DNA from: Bugula neritina
Lineage: Eukaryota > Animalia > Bryozoa
DNA: 64,000 nucleotides
NCBI GenBank assembly: GCA_964035545.1
Contig: OZ037765.1
Span: 16,554,995-16,618,994 of the forward strand
Reading direction: 5' to 3'
The notes under the pieces are model-generated. The model had not been told where the DNA came from, searched no databases, and worked only from the letters and a program-made list of their open reading frames with translations. Both the position numbers and the translations under genes were made by a program. This document shows, piece by piece, positions 58,691-64,000 of the stretch. Positions within the stretch are counted from its first letter, which is position 1, and every line of letters begins with the position of its first letter.

Positions 58691-59114
58691 CTTGGTATAT
58701 GATGCACTTTGTGAGGCATTTTCCATCTAGTGGGCACACTGTGCTGTTTCTGCAGTTACATTCTCGAGGAGGTTGGTTTGCTGGGTTGAGTAATCTTTTA
58801 TTGTGGCTGTTGATTATGTTGTTTAAATTTCTGCAGCAGCTGTAACTGAGTTTTATGTTGTTTTTGTTGAAAATTTTGTAGAGTTTGTGGTCTTTGGGTA
58901 TTTCTTCCTCCAGAATTTTAAAAAATTGTTTTCCCAGGTTGCTTGATACACTTTTGGAGAATGGGGGGTTATACCATGTGATGTTTCGTCGTCTTTCTCT
59001 TTTTGGTCTGCTAGTGGTGTGTGTTAGCTGGAATGTTAGGTTATGTGTGTATCCACTTTTACTTAGAGCTTCTTGGTGTATTTTTGTTGTTTGACTGAAG
59101 ACTTCTTCGTTAGA

Positions 59115-59116
<2 letters not shown>

Positions 59117-59210
<94 letters not shown>
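59117..59210. repeat. (TA)n microsatellite (~47 units) at the truncation point of the Penelope-like element
   Basis: Directly visible. Confidence 0.97.
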
Positions 59211-59212
<2 letters not shown>

Positions 59213-59772
59213 CTTTGACTGCAAGTACATACAAGCAGCATAATAATATATGCCCTTTAACCTTTTCAGTACAAGTATCAAGTAAATATCTTTTAAGATG
59301 AGAAATGACTCTCGGCCATGTTGTCATCACATTGAAATCTAAGGGAAGATAAATATACAGCAGCAGCAGGTTTTAATATATTGGAATTCAATAACATGTG
59401 CTTTCAGAGTCCAATATAACAATATAATATAGTTATAACTTATATTATATCAAAGTCACCCCTCTGCCATGTTCGCGCAGAGCTAAAACTTTGAAGTACT
59501 ATTTTTGTTTACGCTTGAGTGAGCAGAGATGATCTTTGACCCTTTGTGAATGAGTAGACCACACCCACCGCCCATGCAAGGACAAATATTTTTCGCGATA
59601 CAGTCACATAGGCAATGACAATCTCATTGTGACTTCGACCACTGACCTAAAAATTACATTATTAATATAAATATAATTATATGATTATCACTATAATAAC
59701 TATTATAAATATTCATAACCTAAATCAATATAATACCCATAATTAACATTCTACAATATCAACTTCAAGTTT

Positions 59773-60330
59773 AAGTATTACTATTAGTATTAGTATTACT
59801 ATTAGTAATACTAATAGTAATAGCAATACACATACTGTAAAGTGTATTACTATTAGTATTACTATTACTATTACTATTACTAGTGTTAGTAGTAGTACTA
59901 GTAGTAGTAGTAATAATGGCGATTACTCAGTCTCACTCTCAGTATTACTATTACTATTAGTATTCGACAGTATCAGTATGAGTATTAATATTATTATTAG
60001 TATTACTATTACATTTACTATTACTATTAATATTAGTATTACTATTATTATTAGTATTACTATTAGTATTAGTAATACTAGTAGTAGTATTAGACTTACT
60101 CTTAGTATTACTATTACTATTACCATTATTAGTAATACTAATACTATTAGTAATAGTAATACTAATAGTAATAATTAGTATTACTATTAGTATTACTATT
60201 AGTATTAGTATTACTAATAGTAATACTAATACTAATAGTAATACTAATTAGTAATAGTAATACTAATACTAATACAGTATTACTAATAGTAATAGTATAA
60301 GTATAACATTAACTATAAGTATTAGTATAG
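59773..60330. repeat. Low-complexity AGTATT/ACTATT/AGTAAT tract
   Basis: Directly visible; it explains the Ile/Ser/Thr-rich ORFs. Confidence 0.9.
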
Positions 60331-60881
60331 GTTCACTTAAACTGTAAGTGTAACACTAACTGTAAGTCATCTGTATAAGTTCACGTTCGCGATGACTCTG
60401 AGTATAAGATTAAGTGTGACACATACTTAATAGTAGTATCATATTGATAGTCATAGTGGTAGTGAGTAAGTGATAGTCATAGTGACATTGTCACATTGCT
60501 ATTGAGTTTGATATTTAATTTTATGTTCAATCAATATCAATATGGATATCATTATTGACTTTCACTTTGAACAAGTACAACCGACAGCGTAATATTTATA
60601 ATTATATCAAGACTTGAGTTATTCATATTAAATTTAAATAAAAGAATATTATTATAATAGTAATTATTACCGGTTGCATCACTGCACAGCTTGTTGCTGG
60701 TGCAATTTTCTACCATAATCCTAGTTTCACTAGCTTGAGATAAATAGCCAAGTACTCATACTGATTGACTTTTCTTAAGATGTGAAGTGCTCCTACTTCT
60801 AGTACAGTGCTACTACTACTACCAATACTAATACCTACTATTGCTGCTGCTATTAGTGCTACTAGTACTAATAAAACTCAC

Positions 60882-61087
60882 GCATGTTTATAGTCACTAT
60901 CCCTGTGAGAAACCATTGATGGGAAGGGTTTTTTTCAAAGCAGGTTAAGGACTTATTCATATGAGGCACAGAAGCAGTTATTACTGGATGCTCTTCCTAA
61001 CATCACCAATGGCCTTTACTGGGGTTCGAGCCGGTGAGTTTGTGTTGACTAAGTAAATGTTCCAACCCCTAGACCACAACTGCTCCC
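60882..61087 (-). mobile_element. tRNA-derived SINE, copy 2
   Basis: The reverse complement GGGAGCAGTTGTGGTCTAGGGG...GGCTCGAACCCCAGTAAAGGCCATTGGTGATGTTAGGAAGAGCATCC...CACAGGGAT aligns with 5191-5383. Confidence 0.75.
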
Positions 61088-62464
61088 AGTACTACTAATA
61101 CTAATAGCAACAGTATTGTTAGTAGGTAGTAGCAGCAACAGCTACTAGTACTAGTACTAGTGGTACTTTCTTTTATAGTAATCTTCTTTCATGCTAACAG
61201 TGCTAAACGAGCCTCTACCTCAACATTTAAAATTGAAAAAAAATTATAAAATTTATTATATATTTTTATACAAAAGGTAAAAGATAGTTTCAATAATTAT
61301 TTCATTAGCTGGTAAAAACTTATAATATGTGTAAATACAAGGTCATTACATTATGCTTCAAACTTTTTTCTAATCCATAGATATTTAGATATTTCAATTT
61401 TCAATATGCATTTCTTAGGCTCATCAATAGATTGAAATATCTAAATTTGTAACTTGTGCCATAGCAAATATTTTTGCAGTCACTATTAAAATTTTATTGT
61501 AGAGACTCTAGGTTTATCTCTAATGCACTATTCTTAGTATCGGTTTTCCCCAATATTTGATAAAGCGGTTACATACAACAAAGAAAAGTAAATTTTGCTA
61601 ATCGATGTTGGCACCTACTAAATTGGCGAATTGGCTTCTTAAAAAGCTGGTCTCCAAGCAACTTCTTTAGTATTACCAAGTATTACACTCGCTAGTCACC
61701 TCTCTTGTATAAGTTTGGTAAGCTGGGGCAATAAAATGCCATTCCTAAGGGCCGCTGGTGGAAAAAGATTTCTCCTGTGCCAATGCATACACAGTGTTTC
61801 CCTACATAATAAACCCTTGCCAACAGGAGTTCTCACAAAAATGGAAATGTTAAATATACATGAGTTTTAACAGAATCATGCCATTCGAGATTAACATCTT
61901 ACTGTCAATGATATAATGATGAAGCAGGGCTGGCCAATTACATTTATGTAATGCTGAAATATTCAAAAATATTTGAAAGCAACTAAATATATTTTTGGGG
62001 TTTTGCACCCATGCAATAAGGTTTTATAAGGACTTTGTACATCAAATTTGCCTTTCAACATCAAATTTAAAATAACTATATTGCAACGAATGTTATTTTA
62101 CTATTGCCATAACAACTCTTGTTTTAATTCCAATTTCTTTCATAGTCAAGTATAGTCATATTGGTAATATAAAGCTAAGAGCAGATGACTTATTTGAAAC
62201 TGCCCCAATAATGATATGCATTCTTTTTATCTTATTTTGCGTTTTCTTGGTTAATTTACATTTTACAATATTACACAGTATTGAATTTACTTTTTAATCA
62301 TTAGGGCCAATCTTGTAATGTAATAGCAGAAAAAATCAAATAATGTTCAATTATAGTTTTTCTTCTTCAATTGGTTTAATATTTATGGAGAACATGTTTC
62401 AATTTATTACCAACTAGTTGTGTGCTATTTATTTTGAGTTGTTAATTTATAATTTTACAGATTT

Positions 62465-64000
62465 ATGGCTAGTTTAGTATGGAAGCGAGTTGCACAGTTG
62501 CTGTCTGTTATGATTTGCACACTAGTCTACAATGAGTTTCTGGTTTATTACATTGTCTTGTCAAATTGCCGCTGGCCTCATGGACCGTCACAAACTGAAT
62601 CTACTCGTGCTATGCTGATTTCAGATCCCCACTTGCTTGGTCCTACTGGTCATTGGTGGGACCGGTTAAGAAGGTATTGTGTTTTACCAGGTTATTATAA
62701 TAATGCTGAACTTGCCCGCGGTCATTGTTCCTTTACAGTTCCTGAAACATGTTAAATTTATTTTTGTTTTATAACGTTTTTATTTCATCATTCCCAATTT
62801 TGTTGCTGTCACCTATATGGGCATTACAAGCGTATCCCATGATAGGAAAATATTGAAGTAATTAGCTAAAATAGACAGAAAGGCTGCTATATCCAAAATG
62901 TGATATATTTATTATTTTGCAGAGAGTGGCAGATGCAAAGAGCTTTTCAAACTAGTTTATATCTTCTAAAACCTGAAATAGTGTTCATTCTAGGTTAGTT
63001 AGTCACTCTAGATAGTAATTGTCAGATAGTTTAGAAAGTTATTTTTTGGAATAGACCATCAAGAATGTATGAATGAAGTATATTAGAACATTGTAGATGC
63101 TATCTGTATACAGCAGACATGAACAAATGTATAGCTTTTATTCTTGTCACCTGATGTAAACCTATGACTATGCAATGTAAACTAAAATTGTAAGGAAACG
63201 ATAGTTCTAACATCAATGATGATACAAGAATCAACTATGAATTTCCATTTGTTGAATGTATCTGCTTCGCTGGGCCTAGATATAGAACATACATCTTAAA
63301 GTTTGCATTATCATTGTGAATTGTTATTTCTAAAATTATAATTTGCAATTTTATGATTGCCCAATATTAATTTTATATGATGTAAGCTCATTTTATTTTT
63401 TAAAAACTTTTAGGCGATCTCTTTGACGATGGAAAATGGAGTAGTGATGCGGCTTTTCAGCAGGATGTTGTCCGGTTCCATAAGATATTTGGCCATTTGG
63501 ATTCTGTTGATTTAATTTCAGTAATGGGAAATCACGACGTGGGATTTCATTACATGTAAGTTAGATAAAAGTTGTTGGAGAATATGCTAGCAGCTAGATG
63601 CTGTAGTAAGGTAGTGATATCTGTCTGCATATCAATGAGAAGGCTTTTGTACTATACAAACAGTAAATACTTACCAATCTCCTTGTTAACTATTGTGTGC
63701 TGGAAGATATAAGTTTAAAGTTATGAATTAGAAATATGAAAATATTGTTTCACTGGTTTTCTTACAGTCTGCTAAGAAAATAAACAGCTGAGATGGAATG
63801 ATGTGCTGTGTGTTGTAGGATCAACTCACATAAGTTAGAAAGATTTGTGAAGGCTGTCAACTCTTCTGATTCTGTTCAGCATATCAGGCACAAGAATTTG
63901 TCCTTTATTACAGTGAACAGTATGGCATTCGAAGGTGACAATTGTGATATGTGTAGAAAAGCTGAAGAAAAGCTTGAAGGAATATCCAGGCAACTTCAGT
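62465..64000 (+). CDS. MPPE1: Metallophosphoesterase 1 (PGAP5/Cdc1-Ted1 family), 5' part; continues beyond the window
   Basis: Exons 62465-62673, 62923-62993, 63414-63555 and 63819-64000+. N-terminal TM segment followed by NEFLVYY...[31 protein letters not shown]...[23 protein letters not shown] and [12 protein letters not shown]. Confidence 0.95.

Larger units (their letters stand above)
52343..59116 (-). mobile_element. 5'-truncated Penelope-like retroelement (RT thumb/linker + C-terminal GIY-YIG endonuclease + 3' region with hammerhead), split by an LTR retrotransposon
   Basis: Segments 59116-58691 and 53011-52648 join in frame once one TSD copy is removed: ...RRRNITWYNPPFS...IFNKNNIKLSYSC...CNCRNSTVCPLDGKCLTKCIIYQ|ATVTTKDGSQPQTYVGTSETEFKTRFYNH...CNLCLWEK...LNNRNE..STCRH. 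AATAAA lies near 52350 on the minus strand. Confidence 0.92.

Noticed and set aside
58611-59330. 239-aa ORF as a standalone gene
   Set aside because: Chimera of flank, (TA)n read-through, Penelope fragment and LTR sequence.

Overview
AT-rich, intron-rich metazoan (invertebrate-like) DNA; there are no prokaryotic features. Five spliced host genes can be traced through GT-AG junctions: the 3' end of PHF12 (+), a long coiled-coil gene (+, ~5.8-28.3 kb), a convergent uncharacterised gene with a degenerate EF-hand-like C-terminus (-, 42.7-29.4 kb), GINS2/Psf2 (-), and the 5' part of MPPE1 (+). Mobile DNA comprises a decayed hAT/Buster transposon, two tRNA-derived SINE copies, several MITEs and a solo LTR with a long GC hairpin. 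The highlight is a nested stack at 52.3-59.2 kb. An intact, very young Ty3/Gypsy LTR retrotransposon has the unusual Gmr1-type order PR-IN-RT-RH, a SCAN-like Gag, apparently identical 538-bp LTRs and a 5-bp TSD. It is inserted into the GIY-YIG motif of a Penelope-like element that carries a minimal hammerhead ribozyme and abuts a (TA)n tract. Unexplained items are a ~235-nt structured island in a GINS2 intron and a frameshifted alternative exon with a possible death-fold-like segment. All homology calls come from motif recognition by eye; no searches were run.
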